64,000 nt of DNA, taken from NCBI GenBank assembly GCA_964573055.1, contig CAZNIG010000003.1, positions 82,085-146,084 of the forward strand. Direction: 5' to 3'. Source of the stretch: an uncultured Dehalococcoidia bacterium (lineage in GTDB: Bacteria; Chloroflexota; Dehalococcoidia; Lucifugimonadales; UBA2985). The position numbers were made by a program, and so were the translations under genes. Positions within the stretch are counted from its first letter, which is position 1. Every line of letters begins with the position of its first letter. Positions 12,781 through 22,973 of this stretch are shown piece by piece. The notes under the pieces were generated by a model. The model made no database searches, had not been told where the DNA came from, and worked only from the letters and a program-made list of their open reading frames with translations.

Positions 12781-13319
12781 AGATGACTCACTGGTCTTCT
12801 TAATTTATGGTCTGCTCCCATAGCATCGCTAATCATTTGAGCCCCACTGGAGATTTGCCAGTGACAAACCGCTAAAGCCAAAGCGTCGGCCACATCATTT
12901 GGTTCGGGAATATCTGTCAATTTTAGGCGCGCCTGAATTGCTTTCTGAACTTGTATTTTGCTGGCTCTACCATGCCCAACGAGAACGTGCTTAACCTGTG
13001 TTGAAGAATAATTGAACAAGGGGACCCTAGCCTTAGCAGAAGCCAATGCAATAACTCCTCTTGCATGGCCCATAATAACAGCAGTAGCAGGGTAGTTGTA
13101 GTGAGAGTAGATCTGTTCAACCGCCACTGCAGATGGACTATATTCCAAAAGCACCTCCGAGAGAGCATCGTATAGCGTACTTAATCGTAGCTCCAATGGT
13201 ATTGACGAAGGCCCCCCTCGAATGGCACCACCTTCCCTTATGGTAATTCTGTTACCATTCGCCTGTATCACTCCATATCCGGTACTACCGAGGCCAGGAT
13301 CTACTCCTAGGATATTCAC
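12777..13319 (-). CDS. ruvC: Crossover junction endodeoxyribonuclease RuvC
   Basis: ILGVDPG, AVE, ARGV and DVADALALAVCH motifs. Confidence 0.97.
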   Translation of the reverse strand: MNILGVDPGLGSTGYGVIQANGNRITIREGGAIRGGPSSIPLELRLSTLYDALSEVLLEYSPSAVAVEQIYSHYNYPATAVIMGHARGVIALASAKARVPLFNYSSTQVKHVLVGHGRASKIQVQKAIQARLKLTDIPEPNDVADALALAVCHWQISSGAQMISDAMGADHKLRRPVSHL

Positions 13320-13382
13320 GAGGTCACCTACATATCCAAGCCCAATCTTAAGCCGTTTTCCAAGATATCCAAACTCATGCTA

Positions 13383-14249
13383 TTAAGGTCTAGCCGCCAC
13401 AATTTCTAGCCAATTCCTCGATATGTGATCCACTTTCATTTCTTCGAAAATCTCGACAGCTGCTTTAGTAAGAGATTCACTTCCCTCTCTCAGTGGCACA
13501 CCGGGCATCACACCATTTATCCAATCTTCGAATTGGCTAATCGTAACCCATCCCTCCAGAGGCACATCAATACGATTAATCCTCTGTTCTTTAATCTTGA
13601 ATCCTCCATCCTTGAGTATCTGGGTGTACTGTTCAGCCGATATATGCTGTCTTGCTTCATTTTTTTCTTGTTTAACAGGGGTCAGTCCGTACTCAGATCT
13701 AAGAATCCTCAATGACCTGAAAAGCCACCTACGATACCACAGATCTGTCTCAGGAGGATGGCCTCCGTCGAAAAAGGACGTGTTGAAGGCAAACACCCCT
13801 CCACTTCCTAATGTATTGAATACTTCCCCAACCAATTTGGCTTTATCTGTAACCAAGTGTATCGCATTGCAGAACACAACCGCGTCAACAGATTCTTTAA
13901 CCAACTGAGAAAGTTGTTCAGCCTGGCCTTGGACAAACTCAACCATAGCCAACTTCCTGGTTTCCAACTCTTCTCTTGCTTGCTTCAGCGCAATCGCCGA
14001 CATATCAACTCCAATTACTAGGCTTTCACGCGCGCCTCGTAATTTGTCGGTTATGATTTTCGTAACCCCACCAGTTCCGCAAGCCAAGTCCACCACGCGC
14101 TGACCTGGACTAAGTCGAGATAAATCAACCAAACTATGATTTATAGCTTGATAAAACGGCGTGTTGGAGAATGCAACAAACGAGAATATCTCTTTCCCTT
14201 CTTGCTGATTATCCCTCGTGTCACCTGTCATTGGTACCCCCGGCCCCAT
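13383..14249 (-). CDS. Class I SAM-dependent methyltransferase (UbiE-like fold, substrate unknown)
   Basis: VVDLACGTG motif I, GVDMS and DAVVFCNAIH; start could be ATG 14231. Confidence 0.85.
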   Translation of the reverse strand: MGPGVPMTGDTRDNQQEGKEIFSFVAFSNTPFYQAINHSLVDLSRLSPGQRVVDLACGTGGVTKIITDKLRGARESLVIGVDMSAIALKQAREELETRKLAMVEFVQGQAEQLSQLVKESVDAVVFCNAIHLVTDKAKLVGEVFNTLGSGGVFAFNTSFFDGGHPPETDLWYRRWLFRSLRILRSEYGLTPVKQEKNEARQHISAEQYTQILKDGGFKIKEQRINRIDVPLEGWVTISQFEDWINGVMPGVPLREGSESLTKAAVEIFEEMKVDHISRNWLEIVAARP

Positions 14250-14330
14250 TTAACAGCTCGGTTTCAGTTTTTACTTTTAGATATGAGTAATAGAGTTGGG
14301 ATATAACAGAAACACCCGTAACGCTAGGGA

Positions 14331-14359
14331 ATGATAGCTTAGACACACTACCCAGTCAA
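14331..14359 (-). promoter_or_regulatory. Sigma70-type promoter for the methyltransferase-ruvCAB genes
   Basis: TTGACT-17 bp-TATCAT. Confidence 0.6.
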
Positions 14360-14445
14360 TGTGCGCATGAATCTCTAAGGCAGCCCCTACCAAATCATTT
14401 GGCAACAGATCTGCTTGACGTTCTCATATAAAATACGAACTCGCA

Positions 14446-15300
14446 TCAATTTATACTTGCCATAATAAATCGATTGACCCCAGCCAAGTCCTGATAGACA
14501 GTAAAAACATGTGGAGGCAATAAGTCCTTCGCCAATACACCCACTCTATCAGCCTGATCATGACCAACTTCCATGACCAAGTAGCCTGGTTTTTTTATCT
14601 TTTTTGGTACTTGGGATAGGATAGCAGAAACCACAGCTAAGCCGTCTTGATCTCCATCTAAGGCTGTGTAGGGTTCACGTTGAACCTCATTTTGTAAGTG
14701 CTGAATCTCTGAGGTTGGTATATAAGGAGGATTACTAACTACTATATCAACCTTACCCGGAAGCGGATCAAATAAATCTCCTTGTAAGAAGACTACTCTG
14801 TCCTTGACATCATGTCTCTCAGCGTTGAGTTTTGCAATTGACAGCGCACATCGAGAAATATCAGTGGCATAAATCTTTGCTGCCGATAATAGCTTTGTGG
14901 CCAATGCAATCGCGATTGCCCCACTCCCGGTACCAATATCGACTATCCGTAATGAATTATTACCGGTGAACTTACACGTAATATTCAAAGTCAGATCCAC
15001 CAATGTTTCGGTTTCCGGGCGAGGTATAAAAGTTTTGTGATTCACAAGCAGATCTAGGCCGTAGAACTCCTTATGCCCACTTATATACGACAGTGGCTCC
15101 CCACCTACCCTTCTGGTGATCCAATCATGTAATGCCAAACATTCCCCTGAGGTTATTGTCCTATCTGGGTATGCGAGTAGAGTAGATCGATCTATACCCA
15201 GAACACCCATTAGCAGCAACTCTGCCTCTAAAGAAGCTTCCGCTATTCCGTTCAAGTGCAGAGTTGACCTAGTCCTATCGTAAGCCTGCCCCACAATCAA
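14446..15300 (-). CDS. prmC: Release factor glutamine methyltransferase
   Basis: IPRPETE, DIGTGSGAI and SNPPY motifs; coupled to prfA. Confidence 0.97.
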   Translation of the reverse strand: MIVGQAYDRTRSTLHLNGIAEASLEAELLLMGVLGIDRSTLLAYPDRTITSGECLALHDWITRRVGGEPLSYISGHKEFYGLDLLVNHKTFIPRPETETLVDLTLNITCKFTGNNSLRIVDIGTGSGAIAIALATKLLSAAKIYATDISRCALSIAKLNAERHDVKDRVVFLQGDLFDPLPGKVDIVVSNPPYIPTSEIQHLQNEVQREPYTALDGDQDGLAVVSAILSQVPKKIKKPGYLVMEVGHDQADRVGVLAKDLLPPHVFTVYQDLAGVNRFIMASIN

Positions 15301-16367
15301 GAGGCAACCTCAGCAAGAAGCCTAGTTTGTTCTAGTGAAGCTAGATTATCAATAAATTCATCCAGCTCTCCAAGTAATATACGTTCCAGATTATGAGTTG
15401 TAACCCCAATCCTGTGGTCTGTAACCCGATTTTGCGGGAAATTATACGTGCGCACTTTCTCAGAACGATCCCCTGTCCCTACCTGAGATCGCCTAGCTGC
15501 CGCTTTTTCCTCTTGTTGACGAGTCACTTCTCTATCCAATAAACGAGCCCTAAGAACTGACATAGCACGCTGCCGATTCTTTAACTGTGATCGTTCATCC
15601 TGACATGCCGCGACTATCCCAGTAGGAATATGAATTATACGAACCGCTGTTGCAACTTTCTGAACATGCTGGCCTCCATGGCCACTAGCATGAAATATAT
15701 CAATGCGCAAATCATTCTGGTCTAAGTCTATATCAACATCCTCTGCCTCAGGCAGGACTGCAACTGTAGCGGCGGAGGTATGCACCCGACCACTAGTCTC
15801 GGTTGCAGGAACTCTTTGCACCCTGTGAACACCTCTTTCGTGTTTTAGTCGACTATAAGCGCCACGCCCCTTTACCTCGAACACCACTTCCTTGAATCCA
15901 CCAATACCGGTACCACTTGATTCAATCACATCCACAACCCATCCCTTAAGCTGGGCATACCTTGCATACATCCTGTAAAGATCCCCTGCGAATAAGCCTG
16001 CCTCTTCGCCTCCAGTGCCAGCCCTAACCTCTACGATTACATCCTTATCATCATTTGGATCAGTGGGAAGTAGAGCTATGCGCATTTCTTGTTCCAAAGT
16101 CCCCTTACTTTCATCAAGGGAATCGATTTCTTCTTGAGCAAGATTTTTGATCTCCTCTTCGGAGCTATCCTTAAGAAGTGCCTTCGCATCTTCAAGTTGT
16201 TTCAGGACGACAACGTAGCGCTCATATAGAGAAACCAGGGCTTGCAACGAAGCTCTTTCCTTAGCCAAGCCTTGGACCTTTTCATGGTCGGTCGCGATTT
16301 CAGGGCTTTCTAGGAGCTCCCGGACTTCTAGGAAGCGCTGGCGTATTCTTTCTATTCGATCGAACAT
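15297..16367 (-). CDS. prfA: Peptide chain release factor 1
   Basis: GGQ motif, PAT anticodon-mimic (RVPATE) and RTYNFPQNRVTDHR. Confidence 0.98.
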   Translation of the reverse strand: MFDRIERIRQRFLEVRELLESPEIATDHEKVQGLAKERASLQALVSLYERYVVVLKQLEDAKALLKDSSEEEIKNLAQEEIDSLDESKGTLEQEMRIALLPTDPNDDKDVIVEVRAGTGGEEAGLFAGDLYRMYARYAQLKGWVVDVIESSGTGIGGFKEVVFEVKGRGAYSRLKHERGVHRVQRVPATETSGRVHTSAATVAVLPEAEDVDIDLDQNDLRIDIFHASGHGGQHVQKVATAVRIIHIPTGIVAACQDERSQLKNRQRAMSVLRARLLDREVTRQQEEKAAARRSQVGTGDRSEKVRTYNFPQNRVTDHRIGVTTHNLERILLGELDEFIDNLASLEQTRLLAEVAS

Positions 16368-16517
16368 ATTTTACCCACTACCCACATAACCGTACTAAAT
16401 TAACTGACTGAGGGCCCATTATGAGCCTTAGCCTCTTTTCTTTCAAGTTACCCATTCCCTTTCTAACAACCAACGGTTACTTATACCAATGTGATAATAA
16501 CGGTTATATCAAGCACG

Positions 16518-16546
16518 TTGAAAACTACCCTTCTCCATATTAGAAT
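16518..16546 (+). promoter_or_regulatory. Sigma70-type promoter for mfd
   Basis: TTGAAA-17 bp-TAGAAT about 50 bp upstream of the ATG. Confidence 0.6.
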
Positions 16547-16595
16547 CTGAGATAGGCTGGTAATATGTGCTGGCCCTTTATGTGTTGAATATACC

Positions 16596-19500
16596 ATGAC
16601 CCTCAACAATATCTTCAGTAGTCTAAGACAAAGCCAAGAATATGGCGGACTATTTAAGTCGCTTACTAATGAACCTGGCGACATACATGCCACTATCTTG
16701 AGCCAGGCACTCCCTTACTGTATAGGAGCCCTAAGAACCGACCTTAATGTTCCTATCCTTATAGTCTTGGATAGACCAGAAAGAGCAAATAAAGTATATG
16801 AAGACCTTTCGGTCTGGTGTGGTGATAATGAAGAAGTGTATCAATTCCCAGAACTTGGGCTGCTGCCCTATGAACGAGTGGTTTCCGACCATACTATTAC
16901 TCATGAGCGCCTGAAAATACTCAGTGTCCTCTCCAACAGAAATTATCCGACTACTGCTCTTCCACCAATCATAGTTACTTCTCTAGAATCAATATCCCAA
17001 AAAACGCTCACGGTAAATCAATTCCGGTCATCATGTAGGCAAATCAAGGTGGGAGACACAGCGGAACCACAAGAATTACTAGGTTTCTTGCAAAAAACAG
17101 GCTACCGAACAGCCAGACTCGTAGACACACATGGCTTGATAAGTCGCCGGGGCGGTATTATTGACGTCTACCCTACAGCAGCGATACATCCTTACCGCAT
17201 AGAATTTTTCGGTAGCACAGTGGAGAGTATTCGTCTTTTTGATCCAGTATCTCAACTTTCCCTACAACAAATAGAAAACATATTTATACCCCCTGCAGAA
17301 GAATGCTTACCATCAATCGTTGATAAACAAGAGATCGAGAATCTTCACAAACAGCTAGATATGGATAACTGCTCTGAAATGGAGCAACTACGTATAGCAA
17401 ATGATCTCTCTATGGCCGTAGAGGGATACAACCTTGATGAACCTGCTTTCTACCAGGGATTCTTTTGTAATGGTAGTTTGCTAGATTTTCTGGATGCAGA
17501 AACATTGTTAGTGCTAGAAAACCCTTCTGACCTAGAGAACGAGCGAATTAGAATAGATGAAAAATCGACAGAATTAAGGTTAATGAAAGAATTATCTGGG
17601 GTGATTCCGCGCCAATTTCCATCTATTCACCTAAGTGGCGAGGAATTGGACGATCGTATTGCGTCAATGACCCACAAGTTGAACGTGACGCCTTGGCTAG
17701 CAGATCAAACTATCTCCAACTCCAAAGACCACGATTTAACTTTTGAGATTGGATTCACTCCTCCAAAGAGTTACTCTGGGCGCTTTGACGTACTTGCTAA
17801 GGATATTCATGGCTGGTTAGGCAAAGGCGATTCTGTCCTAATTGTATCCCATCATAGCTCCAGGATCATCGAAATTCTCCAGGGACAAAACATCCCATCA
17901 AAGCTAGAACCAAGTATTGCAAAAGCTGTTCTCGAAAACGGAAACCATGGCAACAGAGCAATTCTGATCAAGACTTCCCTAGAAGAAGGGTGGGATATCG
18001 AAATCGGAAATCAGACCATCCACTTGCTAACAGATTCAGAAATTATCGGCCACTCTAAGAAAAGGGCGACACGGAAGTCGACTACATCTAATAAACCAGC
18101 TTCTCTTTCAGATCTAGAAACGGGCAGCTATGTTGTGCATATAGAACACGGTATAGGTCGATTCATTGGCACACAGCATATGAACGTAGATGGTGGAGAA
18201 CGTGAGTACCTAACCCTCGAATACGCAGATAGTGACAGACTCTACGTACCTACAGATCACCTAGATAGAATATCATTATATTCAAGTAGCGGAGAGAGAA
18301 AACCGATTCTCACTCGCCTTGGGACTCAAGAATGGACCCGCGCTAAAGATAAAACAAGGGCATCCACCAAAAAATTGGCAATAGACCTTCTATCAATCTA
18401 TGCAGACAGGGAAATCTTAGAAGGTATACCCTTCCCTCCAGATACACCCTGGCAAACAGAAATGGAAGATTCCTTCCCATTTGAAGAGACGCCTGATCAG
18501 CTAATAACCATCCAAGACGTAAAGCTGGATATGGAAAATTCAAAGCCGATGGATAGGCTAATTTGCGGAGATGTAGGATACGGCAAAACAGAAATCGCCT
18601 TAAGGGCAGCCTTCAAGGCAGTTATGGCTGGTACCCAAGTAGCAATTCTTGTTCCGACCACTATACTTAGTCAACAACACTACTCCACGTTTCTACAACG
18701 CCTATCGTCTTTTCCAGTAAAAATTGCGGTTCTCAGCCGTCTCCGAAGCCCTGAAGAACAACAAGCTGTCATCAGCGATCTAACTGAAGGCAAGATAGAT
18801 ATATGCATAGGCACACACAGACTACTCCAGAAAGATGTGCGCTTCAAGAATCTTGGACTTGTTGTTGTAGATGAGGAACAAAGGTTCGGAGTAGGTCATA
18901 AAGAACGCCTTAAGGATATGCGCAGAGAAGCGGATATCTTAACACTCAGTGCCACGCCTATACCTCGTACCCTCCACATGGCCCTCTCTGGCATACGAGA
19001 CATGAGCACTATTGAAACTTCTCCTGAACAACGTCTATCAATAAAAACATATGTGTCTGAATACAGTGAGCAGTTGATCAGAGAAGCTATCCTAAGAGAA
19101 ATAGACAGAGGGGGGCAAGCTTTTTTTCTACACAACAGAGTACGAACTATTACCGAAATCTCGGAAAAGTTACGTTCACTAGTACCTGAAGCATCAATAG
19201 CTATAGCCCATGGTCAAATGAAAGAAGACGAACTCGAACATGTAATGGCAAACTTCTCCACCGGTGCACAAGACGTGCTAGTTTGCACGACCATCATAGA
19301 GGCAGGGCTTGACCTGCCCAATGTCAATACTCTGATAATCGATCGAGCAGATTCATTTGGACTTGCCCAGCTCTACCAACTACGCGGCCGGATAGGCAGG
19401 GGAACTAACAGGGCATATGCATACCTGATGACTCCTAAACATAAACAAGTTACTGAAGTTGCTGAGAAGCGCCTAAAGACCATCCTCGCTGCAAACGAAT

Positions 19501-20165
19501 TAGGGGCAGGCTTCCGTATTGCAATGAAAGATCTTGAAATAAGAGGGGCAGGTAACCTTCTTGGTCCAGAGCAGAGCGGTCATATTAATGCTGTAGGTTA
19601 TGAGTTGTACTCCCAAATGCTTTCAGAGGCTATAGAGGAACTAAGGGCAGAAAGGCAAGGCAACAATACAGCTAACGCGAAAACCAACCCCGACGTCAAT
19701 GTGTCTCTCCCATTGTCCGCCTATGTCCCAGTCAATTACATCTCAGATCTTACTATTAGACTGGGATTCTATAGACGACTCGCAAAATACATGAATAGAG
19801 ATGACCTTAAAGCAATCAAGGATGAACTTGTAGACAGATTCGGTCCTTTACCTAACCAAGTTGCTGATCTCCTATATGTGGTCGAAATGAAATCTCTGGC
19901 GCATAGCGCTGGAATAACATCCATAACTCAAGATGGTACAACCGGAATCATACAGTTCGAAGAGCCAATATCTGGAGCTCGCCTGCCAATTCAAAAAGCG
20001 TTAGGAGGAACTGCCACCGTAGGTAATACTCAAGTACGTTTACCCCTGAAAACAAACTGGAAAGAAAATCTTCTCCAAACTATTGATAAAATCGCCAGTC
20101 TAAAAATCCAATTGTTGAGCTTAGTGGAAGGAAAAGACAGAATAGAGTCAGAATATGACCCTTAG
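16596..20165 (+). CDS. mfd: Transcription-repair coupling factor
   Basis: UvrB-like N-terminus, RID (VVHIEHGIGRF), GDVGYGKT, DEEQRFG, QLRGRIGR and the TRCF C-terminal domain. Confidence 0.98.
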   Translation: MTLNNIFSSLRQSQEYGGLFKSLTNEPGDIHATILSQALPYCIGALRTDLNVPILIVLDRPERANKVYEDLSVWCGDNEEVYQFPELGLLPYERVVSDHTITHERLKILSVLSNRNYPTTALPPIIVTSLESISQKTLTVNQFRSSCRQIKVGDTAEPQELLGFLQKTGYRTARLVDTHGLISRRGGIIDVYPTAAIHPYRIEFFGSTVESIRLFDPVSQLSLQQIENIFIPPAEECLPSIVDKQEIENLHKQLDMDNCSEMEQLRIANDLSMAVEGYNLDEPAFYQGFFCNGSLLDFLDAETLLVLENPSDLENERIRIDEKSTELRLMKELSGVIPRQFPSIHLSGEELDDRIASMTHKLNVTPWLADQTISNSKDHDLTFEIGFTPPKSYSGRFDVLAKDIHGWLGKGDSVLIVSHHSSRIIEILQGQNIPSKLEPSIAKAVLENGNHGNRAILIKTSLEEGWDIEIGNQTIHLLTDSEIIGHSKKRATRKSTTSNKPASLSDLETGSYVVHIEHGIGRFIGTQHMNVDGGEREYLTLEYADSDRLYVPTDHLDRISLYSSSGERKPILTRLGTQEWTRAKDKTRASTKKLAIDLLSIYADREILEGIPFPPDTPWQTEMEDSFPFEETPDQLITIQDVKLDMENSKPMDRLICGDVGYGKTEIALRAAFKAVMAGTQVAILVPTTILSQQHYSTFLQRLSSFPVKIAVLSRLRSPEEQQAVISDLTEGKIDICIGTHRLLQKDVRFKNLGLVVVDEEQRFGVGHKERLKDMRREADILTLSATPIPRTLHMALSGIRDMSTIETSPEQRLSIKTYVSEYSEQLIREAILREIDRGGQAFFLHNRVRTITEISEKLRSLVPEASIAIAHGQMKEDELEHVMANFSTGAQDVLVCTTIIEAGLDLPNVNTLIIDRADSFGLAQLYQLRGRIGRGTNRAYAYLMTPKHKQVTEVAEKRLKTILAANELGAGFRIAMKDLEIRGAGNLLGPEQSGHINAVGYELYSQMLSEAIEELRAERQGNNTANAKTNPDVNVSLPLSAYVPVNYISDLTIRLGFYRRLAKYMNRDDLKAIKDELVDRFGPLPNQVADLLYVVEMKSLAHSAGITSITQDGTTGIIQFEEPISGARLPIQKALGGTATVGNTQVRLPLKTNWKENLLQTIDKIASLKIQLLSLVEGKDRIESEYDP

Positions 20166-20887
20166 CCGACCAACTCCATGATTTGATCTAGCCGCTCAAT
20201 GCGAACGCAATTTTTGTTATTTTTATTAAGGCCGTCCCTATCCAATAGAACGGCATTTATACCCACCGCCTGTGCGCCCTTAACATCGGAAATATACTGA
20301 TCTCCAACGTGAAGTGCTTCCTGTGGTTCGACTCCAGCATTATCCAGTCCCGCCAAAAACATTGCTGGATCGGGCTTGCTAGCCAAAACATCAGATGACG
20401 ATATTACAAAGTCTAGGTAGGCGGAAAGGCCAAGCTCTCTTGAAAGCTTATCCATATCGGCTTCGTTGTTAGATAGTAATCCCAAGATTAATTCCTTGTC
20501 TTTAAGTAAGCCCAGCGTTGGAAGTACGTCATCGTATAATGCATATCCGTAAGCCAGTTGTCGCAGTTTCTCGCTGATCCTAAGAGCCAAATCCAGGGAA
20601 ACTTTTACTCCAGCTCCATCTAAAACCAAGCGTTCATATTCGGCAAAAAAATCCTTCACGCCCTGACGATCTCTGTCTTTAAGAGGCAGTATCGCAACTT
20701 CCTTGGCCATAAAAGCATCCGCAGCCGAGTAACCAATCGTTATACCATGAGGAGTCACATCTATACCAAATTGACCACAAGCTTGCGCTTGTAGTTCTTC
20801 ACGAGGTGGATGGAATTTACCAAGGGTATTGTAGAAATCAAAAAACACTGCTTTAATCAACTCTGTAATGGCCCCCGTGTATGTCAC
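20162..20887 (-). CDS. HAD-IA family hydrolase
   Basis: DFYNTL motif I, LSN, KPDP and HVGDQYISDVKGA motifs. Confidence 0.9.
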   Translation of the reverse strand: MTYTGAITELIKAVFFDFYNTLGKFHPPREELQAQACGQFGIDVTPHGITIGYSAADAFMAKEVAILPLKDRDRQGVKDFFAEYERLVLDGAGVKVSLDLALRISEKLRQLAYGYALYDDVLPTLGLLKDKELILGLLSNNEADMDKLSRELGLSAYLDFVISSSDVLASKPDPAMFLAGLDNAGVEPQEALHVGDQYISDVKGAQAVGINAVLLDRDGLNKNNKNCVRIERLDQIMELVG

Positions 20888-20970
20888 CTAGTCTGATACT
20901 AGTTAAGTATATTATGCATACCACCTAAGACAGGTTAGAGGCGAATTATAGCCCAGCTGATTTCATCACC

Positions 20971-21531
20971 TTAACCATGTAATCTTATCGGAACTGATTT
21001 TTCCTTGGATAATTCGCGTATTTTGGAGACCTTGGGAGATATTACAAATTCGCAGTATGGCTGACCCCGATTACTCCTATAATACTCTTGATGATAATCT
21101 TCTGCTTGGTAAAATTCGCCCAAGGAACTTAATTCCGTCACAATTTGACCGGTCCATGCACCATTCAACGCCAGCCCTTTGATCGTTTCCTCAGCAATTA
21201 ACCTTTGGCCTTCACTGTGGTAAAAGATTTCAGATCTATATTGCGTGCCTACATCAGCACCCTGTCGATCCTTAGTCGTCGGATCATGTATCGCAAAAAA
21301 CACCTCGAGGATATCACTGTACGAAACAACATCTGGGTCAAACCTTACCTGAACAACCTCGGCGTGACCAGTAGTACCAGAACACACGGCCTCATAAGAA
21401 GGATATGGTTTATGACCCCCAGAGTAACCAGATTTAACCGATTCTACTCCTTCGATTAACTCATATACTGCCTCTAGACACCAAAAACACCCACCAGCAA
21501 GTGTTGCAGTTTCGTTTCTCTTCGCACTCAT
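20971..21531 (-). CDS. msrA: Peptide-methionine (S)-S-oxide reductase
   Basis: GGCFWC, GHAEVV and AEDYHQEY motifs. Confidence 0.97.
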   Translation of the reverse strand: MSAKRNETATLAGGCFWCLEAVYELIEGVESVKSGYSGGHKPYPSYEAVCSGTTGHAEVVQVRFDPDVVSYSDILEVFFAIHDPTTKDRQGADVGTQYRSEIFYHSEGQRLIAEETIKGLALNGAWTGQIVTELSSLGEFYQAEDYHQEYYRSNRGQPYCEFVISPKVSKIRELSKEKSVPIRLHG

Positions 21532-21626
21532 GATGTCACCTTCCCAGCTTATCGTATTTGTTTATAGTCAAGATATAATGTCTACCCGTTGTAGTTTATG
21601 ATGAAGCTTCCTGAAACGGCTGGGCC

Positions 21627-22340
21627 CTATATAGCTGCAATAGCTTCTTTAAGATTTATCGCCCCAGTATAGAGTGCCATGCCAATTATCGCCCCCTCTG
21701 CCCCCAAATCTCTTAACCGTTTCAAATGATCTACCGAAGAGATACCACCAGAGGCTATCACAGACAAGCCAGATCCGTTTACAAGTTCCTCTATAGCGTC
21801 AAAATTAGGCTCTGTCAGAGTCCCATCCTTGTATATATCGGTGTAAATGATTCTATTCACACCTAACGCGGACATATGATCTACAAGTTCCAACACGCTA
21901 ACAGAAGATACCTCTCGCCATCCACGAAGTGCCACCATCCCATCTCTTGCATCTACCCCAATGACTACGGCTTGTGCACCAAAAAATAGACAAGCCTGTT
22001 TCACCAAGTCTGGCTGTTCTATAGCACTCGTACCCATTATGATCCGACCAACTCCTATGTCCAGTAATTCCTCAACCGAAGTAAGGTCCCGAATACCTCC
22101 ACCAACCTGAATCGGAATGTTTATATCCTTTGCTATCTGCTCAATAACCGCCAAGTTTAACCGGTTTCCAGATGCGGCACCATCTAAATCCACTATGTGA
22201 ATCCTAGAAGCACCTTCTTGTTCCCAATATAAGGCTACTCCAGCCGGATCGTCTGAATAAACAGTTTCCTTGTCGTAGTCGCCTTGATACAACCTCACAC
22301 ATCTGCCACCAAGGACATCAATCGCCGGGATTATATCCAT
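21627..22340 (-). CDS. hisA: ProFAR isomerase HisA
   Basis: IIPAID..GRCVRLYQG, VDLDGA and QVGGGIR motifs; start reassigned to ATG 22340, just after the hisH stop. Confidence 0.97.
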   Translation of the reverse strand: MDIIPAIDVLGGRCVRLYQGDYDKETVYSDDPAGVALYWEQEGASRIHIVDLDGAASGNRLNLAVIEQIAKDINIPIQVGGGIRDLTSVEELLDIGVGRIIMGTSAIEQPDLVKQACLFFGAQAVVIGVDARDGMVALRGWREVSSVSVLELVDHMSALGVNRIIYTDIYKDGTLTEPNFDAIEELVNGSGLSVIASGGISSVDHLKRLRDLGAEGAIIGMALYTGAINLKEAIAAI

Positions 22341-22344
22341 TTTA

Positions 22345-22965
22345 TTACCTGACTCTCTTTTCCACCATCTTACTAAGAAAGTTTTCGTAGAGACGCAAGC
22401 CGACAGCACCACTTTTCTCTGGGTGGAACTGAGTCGCAATCAAACTATCAATACCAAGCACGCTACAAAACTCCACACCATAATCTGTTGTACCCAAGAT
22501 AACATTTTCGTTTTCTGGTACTGCGTAATAACTGTGGACAAAGTAGAAATTTGAGCCACTTGCAACGCCTTGAAAAACCGGATGATGACCGCGAATATTT
22601 ACCTGATTCCATCCCATATGCGGAACTTTATTGCTTTCTGGAAACTTAATAACCTTCCCAGTCACAGAACCCAGAGAAGGCAACAACCCTTCTTCGGATG
22701 ATCCTAGCAACAATTGCATCCCTAAGCACACCCCAAAAAACGGCGTCCCAGCATTGATCACTTTTCTGAGTGGTTCAACTAATCCTCTATCTTGCAGAGC
22801 CCGCATCGCGGAGTCATTGGCCCCAACACCAGGAAGTATTACAGCCTTAGATGCCCCCACAATTTGTGGATCCCCCGTGATCTCAGGAGTATGTCCAAGC
22901 TTAGTTATTGCCCTAGCCACACTCCGAATATTACCAGCCCCATAATCTACAATACTGATATTCAT
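22345..22965 (-). CDS. hisH: Imidazole glycerol phosphate synthase glutaminase subunit
   Basis: DYGAGN, GVCLGMQ, YFVHSY and QFHPEKS motifs. Confidence 0.97.
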   Translation of the reverse strand: MNISIVDYGAGNIRSVARAITKLGHTPEITGDPQIVGASKAVILPGVGANDSAMRALQDRGLVEPLRKVINAGTPFFGVCLGMQLLLGSSEEGLLPSLGSVTGKVIKFPESNKVPHMGWNQVNIRGHHPVFQGVASGSNFYFVHSYYAVPENENVILGTTDYGVEFCSVLGIDSLIATQFHPEKSGAVGLRLYENFLSKMVEKRVR

Positions 22966-22973
22966 ATGTTCAC

